Assembly: GCA_965203555.1 (NCBI GenBank)
Contig: CBDBCY010000004.1
Span: forward strand, 192,001-256,000
Direction: 5' to 3'
Length of the DNA: 64,000 bases
Source: Acidimicrobiia bacterium
GTDB lineage: Bacteria; Actinomycetota; Acidimicrobiia; Spongiisociales; ZC4RG35
Shown here: positions 20,965-31,892 of the stretch, piece after piece
Layout: the number at the start of each line of letters is the position of its first letter
How positions within the stretch are numbered: the stretch's first letter is position 1
Notes under the pieces: generated by a model
Database searches by the model: none
Told to the model about the DNA's origin: nothing
The model's input: the letters and a program-made list of their open reading frames with translations, nothing else
Program-made: the position numbers and the translations under genes

Positions 20965-23365
20965 GTGTTGGAGTTGTCTGAGGGCTTGGTGACGGAGGGT
21001 GAAGCCGGTTTGCGGGAACGGCTTTATAGGTTGAGCCGGGCGAGTCTGCGTATTAATGAGAGTCTGGATTTTGATTCGGTGCTTCAGGGTGCTTTGGATT
21101 CGGCTTGTTCGTTGACTGGCGCCCGTTATGGGGTGATGGCTATGTTGGATGGCGGGGGGCGGGTGGGGGACTTTTTGTCGTCGGGATTGAGCGGTGAGCA
21201 GGCCGAACAGCTCTGGCAGACCCCCCAGAGGTGGGAAATATTCGAGCGTTTGGGCCGCGTGTCCGTACCTTTGCGTGTTCCTGACCTGGTGGGCCATGTG
21301 AGGTCTTTGGGGTTTGACGGGTTCCGTCTGCCCTTGGCGGGCGGGTCGGTGTGGCCGTTTTTGGCGTCGCCGATGTTCCATGGTACCGAGCGGGTAGGTA
21401 ATGTCTTTTTGGCCGGGCGGGTGGACGGGGCCGAGTTCAGCGGGGAGGACGAGCAGACTCTGGTGATGTTCGCTTCTCAGGCGGCGTTGGTGATTGCTAA
21501 CGCCCGGCGGCATCTTGAAGAGCGGCGGGCCCGGGCCGCCTTGGAGACGCTGATCGATACTTCTCCGGTGGGTGTGGTGGTGTTCGATGCCGTGTCCGGA
21601 GCGCCTAAGTCTTTCAATCGGGAAGCGCGGAGGATCGCGGACAGCCTGGCGGACTCCGATCAGTCTCCTGAGATGCTCTTGGACGTGATCACCTGCAGGC
21701 GGGCCGATGGGCGGGAGGTTTCCTTGCGGGAGTTTCCGTTGGCCGAGTTGCTGAGCGCGGGGGAGACGCTGCGGGCCGAGGAGATTGTCTTGGCGGTTCC
21801 CGACGGGCGCTGTGTCACGGTGCTGTTAAACGCGACGCCGATCTTCTCCGATGCGGGCGAGGTGGAGTCGGCGGTGGTGACGCTCCAGGACATGGCCGAC
21901 GTGGAGGAGTTGGAGCGCCTACGGGCCGAGTTTTTGGCCATGGTCAGCCACGAGTTGCGGGCGCCCTTGACCTCCATCAAGGGTTCCACTGCCACGGTGC
22001 TGGATTCGCCCGTGGACCTGGACCCGGCCGTGGTCCGCCAGTTTTTCCGTATCATTTCCGAGCAGGCCGATCACATGCACGGCCTGGTGTCCGATCTCCT
22101 GGACGTAGCTCGGATCGAGACGGGCACGCTGGCGGTCGGTCCCGAACCGGCGGAGGTGGCCATGCTGGTGGAGCGGGCGAGGCGTGCTTTCACGGGTGGT
22201 GGGGGCCGGAACGACCTGGCCATCGACATCGAGCCCGGTCTTCCGCTGGTGATGGCGGACCGGCGGCGAATCCTCCAGGTGCTGGTCAACCTGCTGACCA
22301 ACGCGGCCCGCCACTCCCCGCGGCCGTCGGTCATCACGATAACCGCCACCCGCGACGGGACACATGTGGCCGTCTCGGTAGTCGACGAGGGGCGGGGCAT
22401 CCCGGCCGAGAGCCTGCCCGGTTTGTTCCGGAAGTTCTCCGCGGCGAAGTCCGAGGAACCGGGCGGGGACACCGGGCTGGGCCTGGCGATCTGCAGAGGG
22501 ATAGTAGAGGCCCACGGGGGACGCATCTGGGCCGAGAGCGACGGCCCGGACCTCGGCGCCCGTTTCACCTTCACCCTGCCCACAGTGGAACCAACCAGCG
22601 GCGCAACAGCCGGTGCTCGCCCGCCGTCATCGAGGCGCTTGTCCCGCGGGCAGCAAGAGACGGGAGAAGGGGTGCGGGTACTGGCGGTGGACGACGACCC
22701 CAGAGACCTCCGGTACGTCCAGGACACCCTCATCCAGTCGGGATACGCTCCCACGGTAACCGGGGACCCCGAGGAAGCGCTCCGTCTCATGGAAGAGGAC
22801 CGGCCCCGGCTGGTGCTGCTGGACCTCATGCTCCCCGGGACAGACGGCATCAAGCTGATGGGAGAGATCCTGAACACCGCGGACGTGCCGGTCATCTTCC
22901 TCTCCGCCTACGGCAGGGACGACCTCATCGCCGAAGCTCTCAACAAAGGCGCCTCCGACTACGTCCTCAAGCCCTTCTCGCCAACAGAGCTGACAGCAAG
23001 AATCGGAGCGGCCCTCCGCCGCAGCGCCCGTCCCCGAGCCCCTGGAGCCATACCAACTGGGCGACCTGACCATCAACTACCCCGAACGCAGAGTGACCCT
23101 AGCCGACCGGCCCGTGCACCTCCTCCCAATGGAATACCGAATGCTCACCGCGCTCTCGACCAGCGCCGGACGGGTACTCACCTACAAACAACTGCTAAAC
23201 CGAGTGTGGGAGGACAAAGAAAGCCGCGACCTGCGACCCATGCGCACCATTGTCCGCAAACTCCGACAAAAACTAAACGACGACGCCCGCAACCCCACCT
23301 ACATCTTCACCGAACCCCGCGTCGGCTACCGAATGCCAAAAGGAGAGAAAAGAAAAACGCACTGA
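20965..23365 (+). CDS. Cytoplasmic hybrid regulator GAF-PAS-HisKA-HATPase-REC-winged helix (frameshift near 23028)
   Basis: SHELRAPLT, NLLTNAARH, DEGRGI, GTGLGL-like box, LLDLMLP/KPF receiver; OmpR-type C-domain (YIFTEPRVGY) continues in the +1 frame after one extra C at 23027-23029. Confidence 0.85.
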
Positions 23366-23389
23366 CCCAGTCAGATAACCCTGCGATGA

Positions 23390-23573
23390 GGTTCTGCTCA
23401 TATTTTGCGGACCGTGGCGGCGAACTTGTCCGCGACTGGGTGCGGGCACTATCCAACCACTCGTCTTCTGTGATCTCTCCACGCTTAGCAGCGCCGGCGA
23501 GAATCCGCCTCGTTGGCCCTGCCGCCGTTCACTCCTGTCTACATGCCTACCAGCATGCAAAGATGGTGTGACA
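23390..23573 (-). pseudogene. Internally deleted remnant of a DUF222/HNH element
   Basis: 23395-23515 aligns by eye with 33121-33240 (RILAGAAKRGEITEDEWLDSARTQS.DKFAATVRK vs RILAGANQRGTIVEDELLDGARSQSPDKFAVMVRK); 23542-23573 matches the promoter/ATG at 33561-33591. Confidence 0.75.
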
Positions 23574-23635
23574 CCCCAACCCCACACCCCAACCTGTGAA
23601 AAAGACGCTAGCCGGCCAAGCCTGCGGCAGACATG

Positions 23636-24436
23636 CTAAGCCGAGGAGTTCCGGCCCAGGCGCCTCTCGCCGGCGTAGACCACCATCTCCTCGCCCCGTA
23701 CGAACCCGGCCAGGGTGAGTCCCACCTCTTCGGCGAGATCGGCCGCCAGGGTGGAGGCGGCGGAAATCCCGGCCACCACGGGGATGCCGGCCACGGCCGC
23801 CTTCTGAGTTATCTCGAAAGAGATCCTGCCGGAGACCATCAGGATCAACTCGCCCAACGGCCATCTCCTCCGAGCCATGGCGCCCACCGCCTTGTCCACC
23901 GCGTTGTGGCGACCCACGTCCTCGGCGATGGCCAGCAACTCCCCGGCGGCATTGAACAAGCCGGCCGCGTGGGACCCTCCGGTGGCGGCGAAGGACTCTT
24001 GGGCGCTGCGCAAGCGATCGGGAAGGACGGTGATCGTCCTTCTGGTCAGTTCCGGTCCCGACGGGAGAGGGCGGGAACTGATCAGGACCGCATCGATGGA
24101 GGCTTTTCCGCACACCCCGCAGGATGAAGAGGTGTAAGTATTCCGCCGGAATTGCTCAGGATCGATGCTCACCCCCGGCGCCAACTCCAACTCGTACCGG
24201 TCGCCCGACCCGATGGACCGGACACCGGCCACCTCCGCGGGACGGTCGACTATCCCCTCGGTGATGGCAAACCCCAGCGCCAGATCCTCCTCCTGGCCGG
24301 GCGTCCTCATCATCACCGCGATGGGTACTCCCGCCAACCGGATCTCCATGGGGGATTCCTCCACCAACCGGTCCCTTACCCGATGGGTGAGGAGGGGGCC
24401 GACTTTCAACACCTGGCGTCCACTGAGGCGCGACAT
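23636..24436 (-). CDS. fdhD: Formate dehydrogenase accessory sulfurtransferase FdhD
   Basis: MMRTPG, SSSCGVCGK, TGGSHAA, EDVGRHNAVDK. Confidence 0.95.
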   Translation of the reverse strand: MSRLSGRQVLKVGPLLTHRVRDRLVEESPMEIRLAGVPIAVMMRTPGQEEDLALGFAITEGIVDRPAEVAGVRSIGSGDRYELELAPGVSIDPEQFRRNTYTSSSCGVCGKASIDAVLISSRPLPSGPELTRRTITVLPDRLRSAQESFAATGGSHAAGLFNAAGELLAIAEDVGRHNAVDKAVGAMARRRWPLGELILMVSGRISFEITQKAAVAGIPVVAGISAASTLAADLAEEVGLTLAGFVRGEEMVVYAGERRLGRNSSA

Positions 24437-24504
24437 GTAAGTCAACATTAGGAGGTCGGCCAAAAGGTTTCTTTATTTGTGCCTGTCATGCGACAATTAG
24501 AAAG

Positions 24505-25588
24505 ATGCGAGTAGACAATTTCGGCGCCGGCCCGTGCACCCTCCCCCTGTCCATTCTCGAAGAGGCCCGAGCGGAGTTCTTGGACTTTGCGGGCAGCGGG
24601 ATGTCCATCCTGGAACTCAGCCACCGTTCCGCCTTCTATGAGACCGTCCACGAGGAGGCGCTGTCCCTGGCGAGGGAGGTGTCGGGCGCGCCGGATGACT
24701 TCGAAGTGCTGGTGATCGCGGGCGGGGCCACCATGCAATTCGCCATGATCCCGGCCAATTTGCTGTCGGAGCGCGGCAGCAGGGGCGGCTATTTGAGGAC
24801 CGGCACCTGGGGTCGGTTGGCCCTGGCGGATGCCGGGCGATGGGGCGACGCCTACTGTGCCTGGGACGGGGAGCCCCACGGGTACCGGAGGATGCCCGAC
24901 GTTGACGAAATCCACGTCCAGCCAGATACCCGGTTCTTGCATGTGACCTCCAACGAGACCATAGGCGGGATAAGGATGCCGGAGATACCCGCCGTCGGCG
25001 TGCCTTTGGTGTGTGACGTCTCCTCGGACTTCATGGCCCGGCCCATCCCATGGGAACTCTGCGACCTGGTGTACGGGGGGGTGCAGAAGAACCTTGCCCC
25101 GGCCGGGATGGGGTTGGTGTTCGTACGGCACCGCGTCCTGGAGAGTCTGACCGGTTCGCTACCCCGGTTTTTCGACTATCGCTGGTATGCCGACAAGGGT
25201 TCGACGGGCAACACCCCGCCCGTTCTACCGATTTACATGATGGGCAAGATGCTCAAACTATTGCGCGATCTGGGTGGAGTGAAGGGGTTGGAAGAGCGCA
25301 CCGCCCAAAAGGCTCGCCTGATCTACGATGTCATCGACCGAAGCGACGGCTACTACCACAGCCCGGTGGATCCGAGGCACCGTTCTCACACCAACGTGGT
25401 GTTCCGACTGCCCACACCCGAGGCAGAGTTTGCAGTTTGTCGGCCAAGCCGCCGCGGCGGGCCTGGTGGGACTGAAGGGTCATAGATCGGTGGGTGGCTG
25501 TCGGGCCAGCCTGTACGCCGGTTTGGAGCTGCGCAGCGCCGCCAGGCTGGCTTCCTTCATGAGCGAATTTCGGGCAGACAACTCCTGA
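24505..25588 (+). CDS. serC: Phosphoserine aminotransferase (frameshift near 25430)
   Basis: NFGAGP, SILELSHRS, NETIGG, QKNLAPAG, NTPP; C-terminal GLKGHRSVGGCRASLY lies in the +1 frame after an extra T at 25429-25431. Confidence 0.9.
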
Positions 25589-25667
25589 ACCGAGGGAAAA
25601 CTTCACCGAAGACCTAGGTGCAAGACCGGGGCTAGACTTAGACCCGTCTAGGAGAGAGCGCGTCCGT

Positions 25668-26183
25668 ATGAGCAAAACCGACACGATGCCCAAGCTCACT
25701 GTGGCCGAAAGGCTGCGAGATCTACTTGGCCCGTACCTTGAGGCCGAGTGTTTGGAGCTGGACGACCTCCAATTGCTGGGAGGTGGAGGAGCTCGGGTAT
25801 TGCGGGTGGTGGTGGACGGCGAGGGCGGGGTTACCCTCGACCGTCTGGCCGAAACTTCCCGTCGGCTGTCGAGGTTGTTGGACGCAGACGCCCAGATGCA
25901 GGGTCCCTACCGGCTGGAAGTGACGTCCCCCGGTTTGGAACGGAGTCTCAGAACGGCCCGTCATTTCCAAAAGTCGGTTGATCGGGAGGTGGTGATGAAG
26001 GTCCGCACCGATGCGGGGGTGCGCAGCCTCCGGGGACAGTTGGCCTCCGCCGACCGTCACGGGTGTGAAATCTCGGCGGAGGGTGATCTCCAATGGTTTC
26101 CCTACGGTGACGTCCTTTCGGCCCGCACCGTCTTCCGATGGCAGGCCGCGCCCAAGCCCGGCAAAGGCAAGGTGAAGTCATGA
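25668..26183 (+). CDS. rimP: Ribosome maturation factor RimP
   Basis: LRVVVD, YRLEVTSPGLERSL; upstream of nusA. Confidence 0.93.
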   Translation: MSKTDTMPKLTVAERLRDLLGPYLEAECLELDDLQLLGGGGARVLRVVVDGEGGVTLDRLAETSRRLSRLLDADAQMQGPYRLEVTSPGLERSLRTARHFQKSVDREVVMKVRTDAGVRSLRGQLASADRHGCEISAEGDLQWFPYGDVLSARTVFRWQAAPKPGKGKVKS

Positions 26184-27283
26184 AGATCGATTATCAGGTC
26201 ATGGAGGCGCTGGAGCTATTGGAGAGAGAACGCGGGGTGCCGGTCGAGACGATCCTGGATGCCCTGGCCAACGCTCTGGTGTCCGCCTACAAGCGCACTT
26301 CGGGCAGAGCCGAGGAGGCGCGGGTAACCATCGATCCCGATGCCGGGGACATACGAGTCTTCGGTCAGATCCTGGATGAGGAAGGCGCCGTGGTCAGAGA
26401 GTGGGAGGACAAGTCCCAGGAGTTCGGCCGCATAGCCGCCCAAACCGCCAAGCAGGTGATAGCTCAACGGCTGCGGATCGCCAAGCGTGAACAGATCTAT
26501 GCCGCCTACGCCGGAAGGGAGGGCGATCTGGTCACCGGTATCGTGCAACAGGTCGACGGGCGGTATGTCATCTTCGATCTGGGTAACGCCGAGGCGCTCA
26601 TGCCGGCCTCCGAGCGCATTCCCCATCAGATGCTGGACCGGGGCAATCGGGCCAAGGCCCTCATACTGGAAGTCAAGAACGAGCCCAAGGGACCCCAGAT
26701 CATTCTCAGTCGTTCCCATCCTGATCTGGTGCGCCGACTGCTGGAATTGGAAGTGCCCGAACTGGTGGAAGGCGTGGTGGAGATAGTGGCGATCGCCCGC
26801 GAGCCCGGTCACCGGACCAAGATCGCGGTGGTCTCTCACGATCCCAACGTCGATCCCCGCGGCGCCTGCGTGGGCGCCAGAGGTTCCCGCGTTCAGCAGG
26901 TAGTCAAAGAACTGCGGAACGAGAAGGTGGATGTCGTCCAGTACCAGGAGGACGTGGCTGCTTTCATCGCCGACGCCTTGGGGCCGGCCCGGATTCGCGA
27001 GGTGAGGATCAACGAAGAGGAAAAGAGCGCCGAGGTTATCGTTTCCGAGCACCAGCTTTCCCTGGCGATCGGCAAGGAAGGCCAGAATGCCCGCCTGGCC
27101 GCCCGCCTGACCGGATACCGGATCGACATTCGTTCTGATGAACCGCCTCCCTCTCCGGGAGCGGGCGCCGGGGGACGCCCACCGATGTCCCGACCGGTTT
27201 CGGGAGGTCGACCGAGGACCGCTCCCAGGCCTGACGGTCGTTCCATGCCCAGGAGTCCAGGTTCGCAAGCTGCCTCTTCCTGA
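26180..27283 (+). CDS. nusA: Transcription factor NusA
   Basis: FGRIAAQTAKQV, SRSHP, AREPGHRTKIAV, LSLAIGKEGQNARLAARLTG. Confidence 0.97.
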   Translation: MKIDYQVMEALELLERERGVPVETILDALANALVSAYKRTSGRAEEARVTIDPDAGDIRVFGQILDEEGAVVREWEDKSQEFGRIAAQTAKQVIAQRLRIAKREQIYAAYAGREGDLVTGIVQQVDGRYVIFDLGNAEALMPASERIPHQMLDRGNRAKALILEVKNEPKGPQIILSRSHPDLVRRLLELEVPELVEGVVEIVAIAREPGHRTKIAVVSHDPNVDPRGACVGARGSRVQQVVKELRNEKVDVVQYQEDVAAFIADALGPARIREVRINEEEKSAEVIVSEHQLSLAIGKEGQNARLAARLTGYRIDIRSDEPPPSPGAGAGGRPPMSRPVSGGRPRTAPRPDGRSMPRSPGSQAASS

Positions 27284-27307
27284 CCGGGGTTTGGGTCTCG
27301 GTGCGCT

Positions 27308-29362
27308 ATGACTAGGGTCAGGATTTATCAGATTGCCCGTGATCTGGGTTTGACCACCCAGGAGGTGCTGAACCAGGCCACCGCCATTGGTTTGACGGTG
27401 AAGGCCGCTTCCTCCACCATTTCCAACGAGGAAGCCGAGTTGGTGCGCTTCGCCTTGGTGGGGGAGCAGAAGGAGGAAAGGAAGCCTAAGCCCGAGCCGG
27501 TCCGGAAGCCGCCTTCCGCCAAGCCTGTAGCCCACCGAGAGCCGGAACCGGCGCCGCCGGTTGTCGAGGAGGATCCGCCGTCGCAGTCTGAAGAGGATGA
27601 CCGGGTGGTTGAGGTTCCCGAGACGGCGTTGGTTCTCGAGTACGCCGAAGCGATCGGGGTTCCGGTAGGCGAGGTGGTGGCAAAGTTGATCGGCCTGGGA
27701 GAGATGGTGGGCGCCGGTCAGCGTATGCCACGGGAGACGATGGAGGATGTGGGGGAGAGTTTCGGAGTGCTGGTGGAGGTGATCAGGTCCGAGCCCGAGC
27801 GAGGCCCGGTGGTGAGGTTGCGGGATGTCCCCGACGACAATCCGAAGGACCTGGTGGAACGGCCTCCGATCGTCACCGTGATGGGCCACGTCGATCATGG
27901 GAAGACCACCCTGCTCGATGCTCTGCGCCGCACCGATGTGGTGTCGGGTGAGGCGGGTGGAATCACCCAGCACATCGGGGCCTACCAGGCCACGGTGGCG
28001 GGGAACCGGATCACTTTCATCGACACCCCTGGTCATGAGGCGTTCACGACCCTGCGGGCAAGAGGGGCGGAAATCACCGACATAGTGGTCCTGGTGATCG
28101 CGGCGGATGATGGAGTCATGCCCCAGACGGTCGAGGCGATCAGCCACGCCCGGGCCGCGGGGGTCGACATGCTGGTGGCCATCAACAAGATCGACCGCCT
28201 CGGGGCCGATCCGGTGGCGGTCAGGGCCAAGCTCACCGAGCAGAATGTCATCACCGAGGAACTGGGGGGCGATGTGCCCAGCGTGGAGATTTCCGCCACC
28301 AGGGGCGACGGTTTGGACGATCTGTTGGAGACCCTCGACCTGATGGCGCAGATCAAGGAACTGAAAGCCTCTCCCAAGCCGCTTGCCTCGGGGGTGGTGG
28401 TGGACTCGCGACTCGACCACGGCATGGGACCGGTGGCCACCGTAATCGTCCAGCGGGGCACTCTACGGCGGGGCAGCGCCCTGGTGGCCGGGGCGGTGTC
28501 GGGGCGGGTGAGAGCCATGTTCAACCATGCGGGGAAGAGAGTCAACGCCGCAGGTCCGTCGGCGCCGGTGCTGGTAATGGGTTGGAGCGAGGCGCCCGAG
28601 GCGGGAGAGGGATTCGAGGTGGTCAAGAACGAGCGCCTGGCGAGGCGCATGGCTTCGGATCAGGCCGACCTTGATCGGGAGACTCGGATCAGGGCGGAGA
28701 TGCCCACCGCACGGGACCGTTTCGTGCAGCACCTCGAGCAGTTGCAGTCCACCGAGGGTGAACTGCGGCTGATCGTCAAAGGCGACTTGCAGGGGTCGGT
28801 GGAGACCCTCCGCGAGGCGATCGGCAAGATCAAGCGAGAGAAGGGACGGATCTCCATCGTTCACTCGGCGGTGGGGGGGATCAACCTCAACGACGTCAAT
28901 CTCAGTGACGTCACGGGGGCCGTGATCGTGGGTTTCAATGTCCGGGCGGAGAGCAAAGCGGCCCGCGAGGCTCGACAGCGCGGGATAGAGATGCGCTCTT
29001 ACTCGGTGATCTACGAGTTGTTGGACGATGTCGAGCAGATGATGGTGGGCAAGCTCGCTCCTGAACGACACGAGGAGATTCTGGGAACGGCCGAGGTTCG
29101 GGCCCTTTTCCGGGTCCCCAGAGCCATGGCGGCGGGTTGTTTCGTGAAGGAGGGCCGGATCGTGCAGGGCGCCGACGTACGCCTGTACCGCGACGATGTG
29201 GTGATCTACACGGGTACCGTGGCTTCGCTGCGCAGGTTCAAGCAGGATGTGGATGAGGTGCCCTTCGGCCTTGAATGCGGAATAGTCCTGGAGCGTTACA
29301 ACGATGTGAAGGAAGGGGACCTGATCGAGGCTTTCACGGTTAGGGAGGTCATGCCCACCTGA
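27308..29362 (+). CDS. infB: Translation initiation factor IF-2
   Basis: MGHVDHGKTTLLD, GGITQHIGAY, DTPGHEAF, NKID. Confidence 0.98.
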   Translation: MTRVRIYQIARDLGLTTQEVLNQATAIGLTVKAASSTISNEEAELVRFALVGEQKEERKPKPEPVRKPPSAKPVAHREPEPAPPVVEEDPPSQSEEDDRVVEVPETALVLEYAEAIGVPVGEVVAKLIGLGEMVGAGQRMPRETMEDVGESFGVLVEVIRSEPERGPVVRLRDVPDDNPKDLVERPPIVTVMGHVDHGKTTLLDALRRTDVVSGEAGGITQHIGAYQATVAGNRITFIDTPGHEAFTTLRARGAEITDIVVLVIAADDGVMPQTVEAISHARAAGVDMLVAINKIDRLGADPVAVRAKLTEQNVITEELGGDVPSVEISATRGDGLDDLLETLDLMAQIKELKASPKPLASGVVVDSRLDHGMGPVATVIVQRGTLRRGSALVAGAVSGRVRAMFNHAGKRVNAAGPSAPVLVMGWSEAPEAGEGFEVVKNERLARRMASDQADLDRETRIRAEMPTARDRFVQHLEQLQSTEGELRLIVKGDLQGSVETLREAIGKIKREKGRISIVHSAVGGINLNDVNLSDVTGAVIVGFNVRAESKAAREARQRGIEMRSYSVIYELLDDVEQMMVGKLAPERHEEILGTAEVRALFRVPRAMAAGCFVKEGRIVQGADVRLYRDDVVIYTGTVASLRRFKQDVDEVPFGLECGIVLERYNDVKEGDLIEAFTVREVMPT

Positions 29363-29667
29363 TGGAGGCGGCGGCAATGCGCTTTGAATTATCGCTTCCC
29401 GCCACCCGGTCGCTGAAGGAGAAACGCTCGGTGCTGCGGCCGGTAGTGGAGGGTCTACGGAGGATGTCCTCCTATTCGGTGGCGGAGGTCGATCATCATG
29501 ATCTGTGGCGTCGCGCCGGATTGGGAGTGGCGGTGGTAGCCGTCAACCGCCGAGAGTTGGAGAAGATGATCCACAAGGTTGAGAGGTATCTTGACGCCAA
29601 GCACGAGGTGGATGTGATGCGGGTCTTGATTTCCTACCTGGATCATCCCGAACCAAGGGACCGATGA
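29362..29667 (+). CDS. DUF503 (YlxP-like) protein
   Basis: SLKEKRSVLR, SVAEVDHHDLWRRA; between infB and rbfA. Confidence 0.85.
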   Translation: MEAAAMRFELSLPATRSLKEKRSVLRPVVEGLRRMSSYSVAEVDHHDLWRRAGLGVAVVAVNRRELEKMIHKVERYLDAKHEVDVMRVLISYLDHPEPRDR

Positions 29668-29670
29668 CAG

Positions 29671-30036
29671 ATGCAAAGCGGCCGCTTTCCCCGCATGAGG
29701 CGGGTCAACTCGATCATCTGGGAGGTTTTGGCTGATGAAGTGCACCTTCTTTCGGATCCCCGGTTGGGTTCGGTGACGATCACCGGCGTGGACACTTCTC
29801 CGGACCTGCGGCGGGCGGTCGTGTTCTATTCGGTGGCGGACATGTCCCGCCTCGAGGAGGTCGGGGACGGCCTGAACTCTGCCGCCGGACGTCTGCAGGG
29901 GCGCCTGGCTTCCCAGGTGCGACTCAAGTACACGCCCCGACTCAACTTTCAGCCCGACCAGGGGGTGATCGGCGGGCAGAGAATCGAGAGCCTGCTCAGA
30001 AAATCCCCCAGGCTCGGTCTGGGAGGTGAGAGGTGA
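29671..30036 (+). CDS. rbfA: Ribosome-binding factor A
   Basis: DPRLGSVTITGV..SPDL, RLKYTPRLNF. Confidence 0.93.
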   Translation: MQSGRFPRMRRVNSIIWEVLADEVHLLSDPRLGSVTITGVDTSPDLRRAVVFYSVADMSRLEEVGDGLNSAAGRLQGRLASQVRLKYTPRLNFQPDQGVIGGQRIESLLRKSPRLGLGGER

Positions 30037-31013
30037 ATCGACCGGAGGACCTTGACGGGGCCATCCGGGGCGCGGCGCAGGTGATCCGGACTTCCGAATC
30101 GCTGGGAGCGGTCTGCCATGAACGTCCGGACGGGGACGCGCTGGGTTCCATGCTGGGTTTTGCTGTCTCGGCCCACCTGGCCGGCCGGGAGGTGGCTGTG
30201 GCGGTGCCTCCGCCGGGTGATTTGCCCAGCCGGTACCGGTTCCTTCCCACCGGTCCGCTTTCGTCGGGCCTGGACTCCCAGGATCCGCCGGAGACGCTGG
30301 TTGCCTTTGATTGCGCCGCCCTCGACCGGTTGGGGGAGTTGGCGCCGATGGCGGAGCAGGTGCGGAACCTGGTGGTGGTGGACCATCACATCTCCAATCC
30401 TGGGTTCGGAACGCTCAACCTGGTGGACCCCCGGGCGGCCGCCACTGTCGAGTTGGTCTATGAACTGCTCCTGGAGTTGGGTTGGCCCATCGACGCGGTG
30501 GCGGCCACGTGTCTTTTGACCGGGCTGGTAACAGACACGGGGAGGTTCCAGTATTCGAACACCACTCCTCGAACCCATCGGATCGCGGCCCGGCTACTGG
30601 AAGCGGGCGCCCGCTCGGAAGTGATCGGGCAGGCGGTTTACGAGGAGGAGCCGTTCGGATTGTTGTCCGTGGCTGCGGCGGTGTTGGGCCGCGCCCGCCT
30701 GGACGCCGAGAGGGGAGTGGTCTGGTCTGTTCTGTATCCGGGGGATCTGGAGGCTGCCTCTATCAACGGCGAGGACACCGAATTGTTGATCGATCTGGTT
30801 CGCCTGCCCCGTGAGGCCCATGTGGCGATGCTGGTCCGGGAGGCGCCCGATCACGGGGTGCGGGTCAGTATGCGTTCCCGGGGGAAGGTGGATGTCGGCG
30901 CCCTGGCCGCTTCCCTGGGCGGAGGGGGACATCGCAATGCCAGTGGCTTCCGGTTCGATGGCGATCCCGGCGGGGCGGTGGCGGCGGTCCTGGAGAGAAT
31001 CCCACTTGCCTGA
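30033..31013 (+). CDS. nrnA: DHH/DHHA1 oligoribonuclease / pAp phosphatase
   Basis: HERPDGDALGS, VDHH, TDTGRF, GGGGH. Confidence 0.9.
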   Translation: MNRPEDLDGAIRGAAQVIRTSESLGAVCHERPDGDALGSMLGFAVSAHLAGREVAVAVPPPGDLPSRYRFLPTGPLSSGLDSQDPPETLVAFDCAALDRLGELAPMAEQVRNLVVVDHHISNPGFGTLNLVDPRAAATVELVYELLLELGWPIDAVAATCLLTGLVTDTGRFQYSNTTPRTHRIAARLLEAGARSEVIGQAVYEEEPFGLLSVAAAVLGRARLDAERGVVWSVLYPGDLEAASINGEDTELLIDLVRLPREAHVAMLVREAPDHGVRVSMRSRGKVDVGALAASLGGGGHRNASGFRFDGDPGGAVAAVLERIPLA

Positions 31014-31890
31014 AGGCTTTCTGGTGATCGACAAGCCCTCGGGCGTCACCTCCCATGACATGGTGGCGGCGGTTCGCAAGGCCGTGGGGATCCGCCGGGT
31101 GGGCCACGCCGGGACGCTGGATCCCATGGCCACCGGCGCCCTGGTGGTGGCGGTGGGCAGAGTCACCAGACTGATCCGCTTCATCCAACCGCTTGCCAAG
31201 GAATATGTTGCACTGGCCCGGTTCGGGGTGGCGACCGACACCTTGGACGCCGACGGCCGGAAGACCTGGGCCGAAGAGATGCCGGTGCGGCGCAGCGAGG
31301 TGGAGTCGGCGCTTTCTTCCTTCGTGGGACAGATTGAGCAGGTACCTCCGATGGTGTCGGCGATCAAAGTGGAGGGGCGGCGTCTGTACGAGTTGGCGCG
31401 TCAGGGTGTGCAGGTGGAGAGGGCGGCCCGGAGAGTGACCGTCCATTCCCTGCAACTCACCAGCTTCAGACCGGGACCCCACCCCCTGGTGGGGTTGCGG
31501 GTGGTTTGCGGAAAGGGTGTCTATGTGCGCAGTCTGGCCGACGACATCGCCCGGACCCTGGGAGGGCGCGCCCACCTCACCGCCTTGCGACGGATCAGGG
31601 TGGGGAGCCTGGCAGTGGGGGAGGACCCGGCCGGCGGTCGGGGACCCGCAGACCTTGCGGAATGGAAGAGGTGGATCCTTTCACCTTCCGAGGGCCTGCG
31701 CGATCTGGCGGGCTGGACGGTCTCCGACCCGGCGCTGGAAATGGTCAAAAACGGAAGGCGCCTGCCCGCGCATCAACGGTCCGATCCGGACGAAGACCAG
31801 CCGGTCCGCGTTCTGGATGCTGAAGGCAGGTTATGGGCCGTCTATCGCCGCCGAGGGTCGCTAATGATTCCAGAAGTAGTTCTCAACTAG
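31006..31890 (+). CDS. truB: tRNA pseudouridine(55) synthase
   Basis: DKPSGVTSHD, VGHAGTLDPMATG, QVPPMVSAIK, GVYVRSL; TTG start at 31006 with GGAGA RBS. Confidence 0.95.
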   Translation: MPEGFLVIDKPSGVTSHDMVAAVRKAVGIRRVGHAGTLDPMATGALVVAVGRVTRLIRFIQPLAKEYVALARFGVATDTLDADGRKTWAEEMPVRRSEVESALSSFVGQIEQVPPMVSAIKVEGRRLYELARQGVQVERAARRVTVHSLQLTSFRPGPHPLVGLRVVCGKGVYVRSLADDIARTLGGRAHLTALRRIRVGSLAVGEDPAGGRGPADLAEWKRWILSPSEGLRDLAGWTVSDPALEMVKNGRRLPAHQRSDPDEDQPVRVLDAEGRLWAVYRRRGSLMIPEVVLN

Positions 31891-31892
31891 GG

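Noticed and set aside
23366-23571. C-terminal extension of the 868-aa kinase ORF
   Set aside because: Out-of-frame read-through after the frameshift; it overlaps the winged-helix frame and the HNH remnant.
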